Shown: positions 13,527-26,980, numbered from the stretch's first letter. The stretch: DNA of 64,000 bases from Tubulanus polymorphus (GCF_964204645.1 NC_134026.1:14480150-14544149), one strand, 5' to 3'. Numbers and translations are program-made. The notes: generated from the sequence alone by a model not told the origin.

Positions 13527-15339
13527 CTTTTATATATTTTTGATTGAATAAATAAATTCTGATTTTTAAATACTTTTAATCTGTAAATAGTGGGATTTTA
13601 TCTTATTAACTTTCCTGTGATTTATGGATTAGTTGTAAGATGTAATGAATAATCAATTTTTTTTATAATAAATATGGATATAACTGTCGGGCCGTGTATA
13701 TGTTTTGGGTTTGATTTTAAACATGGTAAAGAAATGAGAATTAAAATAAATGATCTGATAGTAAAAGTAAATCATTTAACAATGCATCAATGATTTATAA
13801 AGAAAATTATGATAGAGAAACAGTAATTGATTTAATTAAAACATCTTTAGAATATAATGAATTTAATGAAGATGGAATTATTGGTGATATTAAAAATATA
13901 TTATCTAAAATATATGATAATCATAAAATCAGTAATGAAATAAATGTTGAATTAATTATAAGTAAGATTTCTAAATATTTTGAAGATGGTATATTTTTAA
14001 TGAATTAATGGCCGATCAGAAGTGGATAATAAATGGATTATATAATGGCGCATTATTATCAGTTGGAACTGTTGGTTATACAATGATCTTGAAGAAAGTA
14101 TTTAAATTTGGAAATATCAGTGTTGATAGATTTGATATAAATGATATTTTAAAATTAACATTTCGCAGTGACTTTATCTTATTAAAAAATTGGTTATTTA
14201 GAAAAAAAGAAATATATTCCTCCAATTGACGTGTAATTTTTTGTCAGATAAATGGCATCTGTAATTATAACTATTATAGGATCGGCAATAGATAAAATTT
14301 TTAATTGGTGGTTATTCATTTAAACATATTGATAAATATGGTTCAGTACCTGAACAAAAAAGACATAATCTAGCATTAGAAAAATTTAATAAAGCAGCAG
14401 AAAAATGTAGAGAAAAAAAAGACAAAATTATATGGATTATATTAATAAAGAATTATATTATCAAAATATTTCACATAGACATTTTAAATCAGTTGATGAA
14501 GCTATGAGTTTATATAATTGAGTAACAAATAATCAAAAATTACAACTATATAAACCTAAATCTTCAGATTATTATACTCCGAGTAAAGAACAACGACAAT
14601 GTGAAAAAATTTGGATTTAAGGTGGAACAGTTGTTATATTTGTAGCGTATAGATTTACAAATCAATTATGTATTATTTTTTGCTAAATAAATGGAAGATA
14701 AAATTGATGGTGTTAATATTATTGCTCATGATATAAATCAAACTGAATTAAAAATATATTTAGAAAAGTGATTTAAAAGTTAAAAAGAAAAAATATTCAA
14801 AAAGTAAAATTATATATTTTTTATCATTAGTGGATCAGTTACAATTAGTCTGTATATAACAAATATAGCGATATTCAGTCCATTAACAGCTTTAGCTATA
14901 TCAATTGGGCTCTCAGGTTTATGTTCAAGTGTTTTAACCGGAATAAGTTCAAAAATGAATATAAAAAGTAATAAAGGAAAAATAAAATCTGATATAAAAG
15001 AAATTAATAAATTGAAAAATACATTCGATTATATAATTATTTTAAATAGAAATATAACAATTGAAGAACAAGATAAATTGTTAAAAGAATTAATTGACTG
15101 GTCCAGTCGTCAATGGCTTCAAGTAGGTATAATTGACTGTTTGTCGACCTTCCTTTTATAAACTGTATCAACCGTTTAACATGATTTTAAGGCTGTGCAG
15201 AAAACCTGTTATCGCTGCTTTGCAGCTATATTTATCATTGATGCCTGCAATATAAGTAGTATTCATAATCGATATCATTATTTTGAATACATTTAGTTGG
15301 AATATCCTTATTATACGTAATTTCTAATTCTTCTATTGT

Positions 15340-16840
15340 CTTTTCAATATCAATATTATTCTTATTCGATTTTTTAGATTCATGCTCTTTAGTTCTGTAA
15401 CTATACACTTTAGATCTGATTCCTATAAGTTCTATCATTTCATGTGAACCTAATTCATCTTTAAACTTTCCTGGGATCTTTTTTTTATTTTCATTACTAA
15501 ATAATTCAAGATGTTTTGGATAATTACCTAAGTTGAAATGATGTTTTAATGTAGTTTAATCATTTGTTAGATTATTGGTTTTTATCTTCGAAATGTAAGA
15601 ATCGGTATCAAAATACATAATTTCAATATGTGTTTCTCCAAAATGTGGTTGTAAAACATTATAGTAAAATCGATACATTGATAATTTTGAAATTTCTAAA
15701 ACTGATGCACCGACATAAATTGGTTTATTTAATTTCATTGACGTTCTTCTCATTTTAACTGCAGCAAAATTTTCATCAAATATTCTGGTACCCATGAACT
15801 TTGAATACGTTTGTAAATGTCTAATTCGTTTACCATTACTAACTAATTCAATATGATTTCTATTACTAATATTTTCACATGCTTTTCCATAAAATGCATT
15901 ATTAAAATATTTTTCAAATTCTAATATTGTATCTTTTTCTGTTCTAAAAAATGAATCAATTCGTTTCATCCATACATAATGATTCTCATTATATAATATA
16001 TCTATAACATCGTTTGAATCATAAATATCAAGTTTCTAATGTATAATATGAAATTAATTTCACATATTTATTATTTTTTTGTGTTATAAACATGTAATGT
16101 CATAAATATTATTTCATCAAATATTAAACCAGATCCTTCAAAAATTTCTCTTCTATTTTATTTTTTACTTCATTATGACATTTATCTAATTTAAAATCTA
16201 TATGATATTTAGGTATAATATGCTGTGACTGAGAAATAATATTGATATTTAGGTATAATATGCTGTGACTCTAGAAATAATATTATATATTGGTATATCT
16301 TCAGATTTTTATAAATCTAACTTTAGTAGATATACTTATTTTATGATATTCTACATCGGTAATTTTCATAATATTTTTCATATTTTCTAAATGTTTTTTA
16401 TTTTCTTCTAATGTTTTACCTTCATGAAGTCTAAATTCAATAGCTGCTGGAATTTTACATGTTGGACAGTAGTATTTGCTTCCATTTGTTAAAAGTATTT
16501 TCTATTAAAATCTATTCATTTTTATTCGAAATCTATATCATGGTGTTCTTTTCTAACCTTTATATATGAAAGAGAAATCACCAGAACATAATTCTTCATT
16601 ATCTTCACTTGATAATCTATGAAATCTATCGGGTATATATGTTCTGAATTTTTATTTATTTCCTTTTAATCCTTTATATTCTGAATGTATCACTAATTTA
16701 TTACCATATCTATTAGTAATTGTTTTAATACTTGTAATTAAATATTTCTTATTCATTGGTAATTCCGCTAACTTTTAAAATTTAAAATCTTTGAATTAGC
16801 ATTTGTAGTAACTTTAATTCTAGCTAGGAATGATTTGTTT
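15340..16840 (-). mobile_element. Internally deleted Polinton-like copy (orfS then PolB)
   Basis: orfS remnant at about 16840-16525, PolB ATG at 16485, and PolB motifs NNAFYGK and YFDTDS in ORF 15556-15969. Confidence 0.85.
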
Positions 16841-16925
16841 AATTTTTCAATTGATTTGATTTTTTTCGTGTATACTTTAAAACGAACCGAATATGATATG
16901 ATACATGTGTCCTATATCTTTATAG

Positions 16926-17047
16926 TAAGGGACTCAAAGTGTAATTATCCCTCTGCCTGTAATTCTATGGAGTCGCTTCTGTTCCATGGTGACCACCTGA
17001 ATAATAATCTATTCGATGAAGTTATTGACATGCTGACATGCGAAGGG
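16926..17047 (+). CDS. ALDH18A1: P5CS exon containing the catalytic Cys motif
   Basis: Acceptor tttatag|TA and donor GGG|gtatgt. Translates (V)[20 protein letters not shown], matching the P5CS YPAACNA motif. In phase with both neighbouring exons. Confidence 0.93.
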
Positions 17048-17128
17048 GTATGTTCTCCATTTAACGTTTACGGATATTATTTCATACGGTTTCTAATTCG
17101 TCACCCATTTCATTAATTCTACCTACAG

Positions 17129-17315
17129 GTCACAATTTACTCTGGACCAAATCTTCAAAGTAAGTTAAAATTTGGACCAACGGCCGCCAGAAATATGAGC
17201 TATGAGTATGGCAGTCTTGCATGTACAGTCGAGATAGTTGATGACCTCGAAGATGCTATTAACCATGTCAATAGATATGGAAGTGCACATACGGATGTGA
17301 TTGTTACATCATCTG
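17129..17315 (+). CDS. ALDH18A1: P5CS exon
   Basis: Acceptor cctacag|GTC and donor G|gtaag, after an 81-bp intron. Translates VTIYSGP...[36 protein letters not shown], the ProA signature region. Confidence 0.95.
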
Positions 17316-17582
17316 GTAAGTTACTTCATTCCTCCATGCACGCAAAATCACTGATATTTCTTCGTGAAGATTATTGGTATAATCATATGTTAGGTTTCCC
17401 TTCCATTTTGCCGGAACCATCCTAAATAATACATGTATATCATGGTATATGTCACGGTTTACTATATGACCGTTTCAAGTCCATTTTGCTATCACTTATG
17501 AGCCTTTCCTCCTTTGGCACAAAATATATTCCTATTCGGAACTTTCAAAACATTCAAAGCAGTAATGCAATCTCTAACCTTA

Positions 17583-17830
17583 TTCATGGGTTTCGTCGTC
17601 AGACGAACCCATCTATGGCATCGTCGTCATGTCTGTCCGTCTGTCTGTCCGTCTGTGCATGTTTCTTTATGACACGATTTAAGCCGTTTGTGTGGACCGA
17701 CAATTCTTTCACACAGGTATTCTCTACGTGATGTAGATGGTGCAGCTTGGTTTATATTTGATTCCGATGGTTATAAGTGCTCTAATTTGGTTAAAAGATA
17801 ATTAACGTTACTCGCTTCAAGCCGCTGTCT
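17583..17830 (+). mobile_element. HINE/DINE-like element 5' end
   Basis: Palindrome ATGGGTTTCGTC-gtca-GACGAACCCAT followed by a (GTCT/GTCC)n microsatellite. The 3' end is not defined. Confidence 0.4.
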
Positions 17831-18710
17831 AGGGCGTTGCTACGACGACGCTCGATCAACATACTGGTACTCGCTGCGTAATACTGAACACGTACATATC
17901 TGTAGATATTGATCGTACTAGCACCGGTTTTAGATAGCGCGCGCGCTGATCGGTCTTAACACTTCTCGGAACTGCTGTGCTAAATGCCGAGAGGCCGAAT
18001 CTACGCGCAATCATTTATTGGGCTCGTCACATTTGATAGTGAATGGATAAATAACCGGTGTCAATGACGGTCGCTACTCCCCATCAGTATAACTCATCAG
18101 TATGAGGAATAATTCTTTCGAGTTTTTTTTCAATCCCCGAAGTTGTTGTTACAATGCTGACCTCGCCGTTTTATAAGCTTACTGATGATTCTTCTAGTAT
18201 TTTCAGGGTCACAAGACATGACGAAATCGCGAAGTTTTCTACAAATTTCACGACTCAATAATTATTTAGGCGGCACCTGATCTATTGATTAATTATGATA
18301 AATAAAGTTTATTTCATTAAAAATTTGTTTTATTCAAACATAGCGTGATCGGTAGGCCCTACTATTCTACGGTAGGCCATGAACTCTTTCATGGGGTAGG
18401 CCTATTACAAATGATACAATCCGCGCGTCCGTGAATAAGTGACACGTGGTGGGGCGGGTTGTGAGGAGCATCGAAACTAATCCGTCACAATTAATAGATA
18501 GAAAACAATGCCTTAAGAGGTTAACTTTTGTTAACATCATTACCAAATCAAAACCTGCACACCCTATCATAAATAGAAATTCTAAGAATTTATTTCAAAA
18601 AATAATAAATTGCGTCTAAATATTGGGATTCGAACTCGTAGCATCGATTCGGGTGCCTTTCCCAAAGCGGGTATCCCGCGGGGAAAACCCATTACTATTT
18701 ATATCGAGAA

Positions 18711-19008
18711 TACCTTTGCATCTTATCAAACCTTAAGAGTCTAGAAATAATTGAAGTTGACTAATTATAGGAAGTTTTTTGTTCGAAATTCCTTTCAAAC
18801 GATCAATAACTTCAGCGAAGTACTTCATCTGACAATTTCTAAACCATTAGCCTTCAGCATTTTCAATTTCTGACCTCGATGAATATGCGAGAAGCGATTA
18901 CTCTTATCACCACGTAAATTTTTTGCATAACGTCTGACGTATGCAGTGATTCTATGCAACTGCGATGATGACGAAAATACGTTTATACCTATAACGTCGA
19001 CCGCTTGC
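18711..19008 (-). repeat. BEL/Pao fragment, near-identical to 45266-45562
   Basis: Direct sequence match. Both copies encode QAVDVIGINVFSSSSQLHRIxAYVRRYAKNLRG. Confidence 0.85.
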
Positions 19009-19011
19009 GAC

Positions 19012-21332
19012 CAATTGTGTAGGTTTAAAATTAGTAAATGTAAGTTCATGTAATTCTTTTTATAATATATCGGATCAAACTTTTGAACATGGAGGGTTTA
19101 TGATTTATATGAGAAATAAAGATAAATGGTTTCAACTATTTTTAAACCAGGATTATATAATTTAGAATCATTAGCGCAGGAAATTAATAGAAGAGCTCGG
19201 TTGAAAATCGGGGGCACTTCTGTGTTTGAAATTAAATTTTATGAAATTGATAGTTCTAATAAACTAAGAATAAAGATAGCTAATGATCAACATAAATTTA
19301 TGGTAAATAAACCAATGGCTAAAATGTTAGGAATTAAACCGCTTACAGTTACTGGAAACGCAGAAGGCTTCTCAAATATAATACCTTTTACACACTTTTA
19401 TATTTATTGCAATTTAATCGATCCTACAAAAACTTTCGAAGCAACTAAAGAAACAATTTGTAGTTCTAGTATATTAAATATTTTAGCGATAAAAAATGTT
19501 AAACAATTTGGAACTCAAATAAATTATAATTTAACAGAATGTGATTTCAAACCATGCATTCCTCATTTTAATAATTTTAGATTAGAAATTATAAATCATA
19601 ATGAATATTTAATTGATTTAAATAATTTACCTTTGATATATGAATTAGTTATAAGATGTAGAGAATATTTTTTTCACTATATAAATGAATATAACTGTTG
19701 GGCCGAGCATATGTTTTGGATTTGATTTTAAACATGAGAAAGAAATGAAATTTAACATTACTGATGTAACTACACATATTAAAAATATTGCATTGTTAAT
19801 GAAACAACATTTGAGTATGAAAAAACAATAGATAAATAGAAAATTATAATAAAGAAAAAGTAATTGATTTAATTAAAACACCTTTAGAATATTATGAATT
19901 AAATGAAGACGGAATTATCGATGATATTAAAGATTAATTATCTAAAATATATGATAATCATAAAAGTAGTAATGAAATAAATGTTGAAATATTTATAACT
20001 AAGATAACTAAATATTTTGAAGATAGTAATTTTTTTGATAAATAAATGAGTGATTATAAGTGGATAATAGCTGGTTTATATAATGGAGCATTATTATCAG
20101 TTGGAACTGTTGGTTATTCAATGGTATTAAAAAAGTATTTAAAATGGGAAGTGTTTATGTTGATAGATTTGATATAAATGATATCTTAAAATTAACGTTA
20201 GCAGTAACTATATCTAATTTAACTATTGATTATTTGGAAAAACAAAAATATATTCCTCCTATATAAATGCGTAATTTTTTTGCGAAATAAATGGCTTCTG
20301 CAATTATAACTATTATAGGATAGGCAATTGTAAACGCTTTAGCATTTACAGTTGGTGGTTATTTATTTAAGCATATCGGAACAAAAAAGTCATAATTTAG
20401 CATTAGAGAAATACAATAAAGCAGCAGAAGAATATAGAGAAAAGAGACAAAACTATATGGATTACATCAATAAAGAATTATATGATCAGAAGCTTTCACA
20501 GAGATTTTCAATCAGTTGATGATGCAATGAGTTTATATAACGCGGTAACCAATAAAGAAAAATTACATATATACAAACCTAAATTATCAGATTATTATAC
20601 CCCAAGTAAAGAACAACAGAAATATGAAATAATTTGGATTTTAGGTGGAACATTTATTGTTATATTTGTAGCATATAAATTTACTAATTAGTAATTTTTT
20701 TTGCTAAATAAATGGATGATAAGGTTGATAATATAGATATTATTCCTCATGATATAAATAAAACTAAATTAAAAAAATATTTAGAAAAACAAATATTAGA
20801 ATTTGAAAGTGACTTAAAGATAAAAAAGAAAAAATATTTAAAAAGAAAAATTGTATATTATTTTATTATCAGTGGTTCAGTTACAATTAGTTCTGTAAAA
20901 ACATTTCTAGCAATATTCAGTCCATTAACACCTTTAGCTATAACAATTGGCGTGCTAGGATTATCATCGAGTCAAAATTAAATATAAAAAGTAATAAAGA
21001 AAAAATTAAAACTAATATAAAAGAAATAAATAAATCAAAAAATACACTAGATTATATAATAAGTTTAAATGGTCATATAACTGTTGAAGAACAGGATAAA
21101 TTATTAAAAGAATTGATAAATTATTAATTTTTTAATTATATAATTGGTAGACAGTTTTCCAAAAGCTTTCCAATATAATAATTCAATTAAATATAATATT
21201 CCAGCAATAGATTTTAATAAAGATATTTCATATAGAAATGAAGTTTTAAATTCATTAATTAATTTAGATATTTATGTTACTGAACCTAATAATTTAAATA
21301 TAAAAATGGAAAATATATTTCATGTGTATAAA
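19012..21332 (+). mobile_element. Polinton-like fragment: penton-like gene, ORF-A, ORF-B, ORF-C, two-TM gene, start of ORF-D
   Basis: Collinear with 13608-15097 and 6535-7175. Starts at 19685, 20046, 20291 and 20712 are each T-run-N6/7-TAAATG. Confidence 0.85.
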
Positions 21333-21334
21333 CA

Positions 21335-22036
21335 CATGATCGATCGAACAGAATTGTTTTAATTTGAACAGAATTTTCTTGTCAGAACATTAAATTTTTC
21401 GTTCGAACAAGTATATTGTAAAAAGTTTTTCCTCCGAACCAAAAGTATTAAGTATTTCGTTCAATCGAACAGAATTGTTTTCATTCAAACATTCGTTCGA
21501 AAAAATGTTTTCGCTCAACCAAATTATTTTGCCGGGACAAAAAGTTTTTCATTTCAACCATAACATAGCTTTTAATTCGAACACATTTTTTGTCAGAATG
21601 AAAAAAAGTTTTGGTTCAAACAAAAGGCGTATTGTTCAATCAAACAGAATTGTTTTCATTCGAACAAGATTTTCTTGTTGGAACATTAAGTTTTTTGGTC
21701 GAACAGTGTGTTAAGGTCGTTTTGGAAATTTACTCTGGTATATTTCGGATTACTGTGTATGTCATTTGTAAGGACATTAAACAGAAGACGACTCAGGATA
21801 CTTCATTGCGTGACTCCACGAGTTAGACCGACTTATTCCAAGATGAGGCGTTCCATTGATTTCGGAAGAGATAACTGCCGAGCCATTTGGACGACCTATC
21901 ATTGATACTGTTTCCTAATAGCCTGTTTAGTAATGGCTGATGTAGTGCCTTATCAAATGCTTTGTGGAAATCCACCGTTGAACTTGATGCTAAGACTGTG
22001 CAGAAAACCCGTTATCGCTGCTTTGCAGCTATATTT
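21335..22036 (+). mobile_element. Helentron/HINE-like element with internal degenerate tandem repeats
   Basis: Recurrent CGAACAGAATTGTTTT-like units over 21345-21710 and the family 3' end at 22000-22036. Confidence 0.45.
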
Positions 22037-22293
22037 AAACTATGATCTTCTGTATCATCTACAATTCCTAGCTTAGTTCTAATTCCATATAATTGTTTTA
22101 TGACTTATTTTATTTTCTAATCTTTTCCATCTATTCTTTGTCCAAACATCCATTAATCCATTTATTTGTATTTATTTTCACCATATGAAATACAAAGTTA
22201 ATTTTGTCTAGGAATTATTTCTGAAATTCTTCTTATTCATATTTCATTATTGTGTTTTAACAACAGTTTCAGCTGTTACAGAATCAAAATATG

Positions 22294-23696
22294 TAACGAG
22301 ACGAGTAGTACTGTTTAGGTTAACTATTTGTTTGACGCACGAGCTTTCGCTTCTAATGAATAGAAGCTTCATGTGAATGAGTATAGTCAATAGAAAAACA
22401 ACAGCTATCGAACTCAGCCTCGAACACTCGCCTCTTCAAATTCCTTTTTTGGACACTAGTCAAAATCATGAACGGTAAACTCGAAACATCGCTCTACAGA
22501 AAACCTACTGACACCTACAGCTACCTTCACGGCACCAGCTTTCACCCACCACACCCACGAGATCCATCGTCTTTAGTCAGGCCATTCGCTACCACAGAAT
22601 CTGCTCCAACACTCAAGACCGCGATCAACACCTACAACAACTGAAAAATGCTTTCCACCAACTCCAGGACAACCCTGAAACCATCGACCAACAAATCACT
22701 CGCGCTACTCACATACGCAGAGAAAGAACACTCCAATGCAACCAGCCCAGGTCTGCAGAAACCGAAAGAATCACCATCGCAGTCACCTACAGTCCGCGCC
22801 TACGCAGAATCCAACGAGTCATATCAGATCTCCAACCCATAATCGAAGATGATGATCATCTACGCGACATACTACCACTAAGACCAGTGGTCGCGTACCG
22901 CCAACCAGCAAACCTAAGAAAACTCCTCATCAGCAGCAAACTATCCACCGAAGAAGACTCAGATAACAAATACACGCGCCCCTGCAACAAATCTAGATGT
23001 CAACTGTGCCCTCTCATCAACTCATCACCGACCGTCGCCGCAGCCAACAACCAACAACTCGAAGTCACTGGATCCTACACATGCGACTCCCCCAACGTTG
23101 TTTATGCCATCACATGCGATATCTGCCCTGGAACCATCTACATCGGAGAAACTGGACAAACATTACGTCAACGCTTGAACGGTCACAAATTTGATATCAG
23201 ACACAAGAAAATGGATAAACCTATCGGCGAAGATTTCAATCTTCCGAACCACACCATCAGTAACCTAAAAGTGACCGCGTTACATAAAATGAACACTTCT
23301 AATAAGCATTCGCGCGAAATTATGGAACAAAAACTTATTCAACGCGGTGATACTGTTAATCTTGGCCTCAATGCCGATCTAGGATTCATGTCCCACTATT
23401 TACTTTGATATAGTAACATTTTGATTTATTTCTCTTTGATTTGATTTAGTTTGTTGTTCCTTGATTAATTAATTATCTACTCACTCACTTAGTTATTAAT
23501 TATCATGTCACTCATCATTTATTTGTAATTACTCTTCTCACTCAGTTCTCTTTAATTAGTGTCAGTCCACCTATAAATACTGTTTGTTTTTCTATTGACC
23601 ATACTCATTCACCTGATGAAGCTTCTATTCATTAAAAGTGAAAGCTCGTGGGTCAAATAAATAGTTAACCTATACATTACTACTCGTCTTGTTACT
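22294..23696 (+). mobile_element. 5'-truncated Penelope-like element (Neptune type) with an inverted pseudo-LTR
   Basis: RT thumb (LYRKPTD), Cys motif PCNKSRCQLC and GIY-YIG endonuclease (VVYAITC..C...YIGETG) in ORF 22887-23408. Positions 22294-22403 are the reverse complement of about 23580-23696. Confidence 0.9.
23610..23650 (+). ncRNA. Minimal hammerhead ribozyme in the Penelope-like 3' repeat
   Basis: CAC-CTGATGA-A-GCTTCT...AAAAGT-GAAA-GC-TC-GTG. The inverted copy near 22338-22375 has a perfect stem II but lacks CTG. Confidence 0.65.
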
Positions 23697-23729
23697 TATT
23701 TTAAACCTGGTTAACACAGCTACTCTACG

Positions 23730-26700
23730 AATAGAGTCAAAATATAAAATGTTAATATATTTTTCTCTAAAATGGGATTGAAAAACATTATAATAGAAAC
23801 CATACAGTAATAATTTCGAAATTTCAAAAACAGTTGAACCTATAAATATTGGTTTATTAAATTTCATTGCCGTTCTTTTTAATTTTACTGCTGTTAAATA
23901 ATCTTTTTTTTCCTAAATGTCTAGGGCTTGATTGTAAATGTCTCAATCTTTTAGAATTATTTACTAAAATTTCTAATATTTTCACATGTTTTACCATAAA
24001 AATTTTTATTCTGTTAAATTATATGTTCTGGCCAATATGGTATATTTTTTAATTTAAATTTGATTTCATCAGGATATTCTAAATCAACTACAAGGAAGTA
24101 ACCAATCGGAGCATCATCTTTTAAACTCTTAATTGCACTTTTTCAATTCTTTTCAATTTTTTCAATTTTTTTTTATCATTTTCAACTTCTGTTAATACAA
24201 AATTTTGAGGTTGCGTCATTGCCCAACCATATGATTTATTTGCATCAATATATGATAATTAATGTTTTTCTTTTGCTTTAAAATGTCTATCCACATAACA
24301 CCACCGATTCCACCTCGAATTGATTTTTCCAACAATAAAACCATATCGGGTTATTTTAGTAAATCTAATTCTACATTTGCATATTTTAAACCACATTGCC
24401 AGGTTAAACCAAGACTTGAATAACAATAACAAGGATCAACATTAAAAAGATTTAAATTTTTCAAATATAACTGCCAATATTATCATATCTGATTTTAAAT
24501 ATAAATCCACTAATTCACCAATATTTTTCATTTTAAAATGATTCAAAATATTCAAAGTTCTATTTAAATCATCACCTTTCACGTGTTCATTTTTAATTGA
24601 TCACAAAATTGTTCTTTTAATAATTTTGTTTCATTAAAATCTTCGTGCGATTTATCAAATTAATATATATATATAATTATATCTTAATAATTTGAAATCG
24701 TGTTCACGTCGATAATAATATCGTGTTATTATAAAATCATTGTGAACTGAACTTTTTGCCCTGAAATTGCTTAAAATCTTAAACAATCAAAATTGAAATG
24801 AAATGTAATTTTCAGATGGTTTTGCCAATAATTTAAAATCTTATTTCCCCACATTTTCATCATTAATAGCGTTACATTCGTCTATTTCTTGATTAATTAC
24901 ACATAATTTTTCTTTTAATTGTTTTATAAATAAGTGAGTATCATATCCTATTGGTACGATATTTTTTTTTTGCTTGTAAATTACAATATTCATGAGCTGC
25001 TCCATGATTTTTTTTGCATTCTAATGATCATGATCTTTGTAACTTTTTCCTCAAATGAATAAAATCTCATTTCACAGTAACAACAATGAGTTACATAATT
25101 AAAACAAATTTCATCTTCTTTTGTCATAACTATATTTTCATTTTTGTTTAATAATTGTGCAAAATCATTTTCTTATTCTATAATTGTATTACAAAATTCA
25201 TTTGCTACATTTTCACCACTAAAAGAAATATATTGACTTCTATATAATTCAGGATAATTTGATTTCATATAATTTCCATATGCAGCGGCAGCAGTGTTTT
25301 TGAAATTTTAATTTGTGTTTTTGAAATAATTTCTTCAGAATGCGTTTGAATATTATAATCCATTTTTTCATCTGATTCCATAAAACTTACGTTTCCAGAA
25401 ATATTAACTTTTGAATATTCAACATATGTTACCAAATCCATTATTTGTTCCATTATTTCTATAAATTTTCTAAAAGCTTCTATTGGTGTACCTTTTAAAA
25501 ATCTAAATATAATAGTTGCTGGACCAATTTTACTATGCAATGTTTTTAAAATTTCTATTGTATCCTTTATTTATAATGAATTAATATAATTTCTAACATT
25601 TTCCATATAAGGTTTATCTGAAATAGATTTAGTTCTTTTAATAGAATTTTTTATTTCTAATCAAATTTTGTTGATGCTTTTAGTGATTTAAGATGTCTTT
25701 TATAACTCCTTTTTATTATAATTCATTACAAACATCACATTTAATTTCATTCTAGCCCACTTGGGACTTAAGTCCCAGCGACTATTGCGTTCACTTTTCG
25801 CCCGTCGTCCGTCCGTCCGTAGACGGAATCCAGTTATTTTGGGAAATGGTTTGATCTTTGGGTTACACATGTATCTACCCTAGACACATCTCCAGCCAAA
25901 AAAACACACCCTGTCAGAATCAAGATGGCTGACTCGCAGCCATTTTTGTTCGCCAAAATCAGCACTTTTTACACATTTTTTAACTTTTTGAGGGAAATTT
26001 TGAAGACGCTTTGATCTTTGAATCCCCCCAGGGCCCATCATCATCAGAAAAAATTGGTCGATCAAAATCACGATGGTCGTCCTATGACCTTTTTAGTGCC
26101 CAAAAATGTCAATTTTGTCCCGAATTCTGAGTCCTGTAGCTTCTTACTCGTTTGCCATTTCTCATTGCAATTTGTGATATTCTTTGGAAAAGCTTGTCTT
26201 ATACCTGAGGTATTTTTGATCAGCCAATTATGGTGCAATTGGCGGCCATCTTGGTGTCATCACTCGTTTGTAGGTGGGAAAAAGTTGTTCGACATTATAT
26301 TGATACCTAAGCATAATTTGTTACGACAATCAATTAGAAAGTTGTAGGCTATAACGTGTTCTACGATTTAAGTGAGTTTCAAGGTCATTGGCTTTTGTAT
26401 ATGGCCACCAGTTGGCGTTGAATAATACAATAACTTTGTATTTCTATATTATATTCGTACCTATGTATATTTTGTTACCACAATCAATTGCATAGTTTAG
26501 TAGCTGATGACATCGTCTTTAATTGTGGTGAGCTTTAAGGACATAAGTTATTCTATATGGTCACCAGATGCATTAAATAGTAGAATAAGTTAGTATTTCC
26601 TTATTAGATTGGTACCTAGGCATATTTTGTTACCACGATTAATTGCAAAGTTGTCGTTCATTACATGTTCTATGATTGTGGTGAGTTTCAACTTCAATGG

Positions 26701-26980
26701 TATATGGTCACCAGGGGGCGTTAAATATCGAAAGTGTTAGATTGTTGAACATTTGAAACCACTTCCCAAGTGGACATAGTGTCGCTGGACCCCTAGTTTT
26801 TATATCATTTAATCGTTCTTTTCTTTCATTGGAATTTTCTGGAGTTTCAAATCTATAACATTTTTTTATGATTTGCAGATTTTTCATGATGAGATTTATC
26901 GAAGTATTTTTACAATATGGACAATAATATTCATTTTTATTAACACCATTTTTTTCTGTTTGGAACTCACGCTCTCCCAT
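23730..26980 (-). pseudogene. Divergent pPolB pseudogene (second Polinton-like subfamily), interrupted by a HINE
   Basis: N-terminal YYCPYC zinc finger (ATG 26980), HCCYC..DHDH..AAHEYCN remnants, YIDAN.SYGWAM, and MKFNKPIFIG..ILYFD. Confidence 0.8.
25751..26800 (+). mobile_element. HINE/Helentron-type non-autonomous element
   Basis: 5' CCACTTGGGA-cttaag-TCCCA palindrome, (GTCC)n microsatellite, 3' subterminal inverted copy TCCCAAGTGG, T-rich flanks. Confidence 0.65.

Larger units (their letters stand above)
10834..13607 (+). mobile_element. Penelope-like retroelement with direct pseudo-LTRs, inserted in a penton-like gene
   Basis: Direct repeats of about 300 bp (10912-11217 and 13302-13607). 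Frameshifted RT ORF from 11255 (GFAMGNPLSP, RYVDD, SVYRKP). The GIY-YIG part is largely deleted. The target gene resumes at 13608. Confidence 0.9.
3690..15097 (+). mobile_element. Decayed, rearranged Polinton/Maverick-like fragments (probably two or more copies) interrupted by a LINE and a Penelope-like element
   Basis: Contains an orfS remnant (to 3917), penton-like gene pieces (ATG 3938, ATG 5827, 10510-13652), a PolB C-terminus (4585-5035) and small ORFs starting at 6535, 6985, 9020, 10457, 13674, 14008, 14252 and 14691. Most are homologous to the other copies in the window. Confidence 0.8.
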
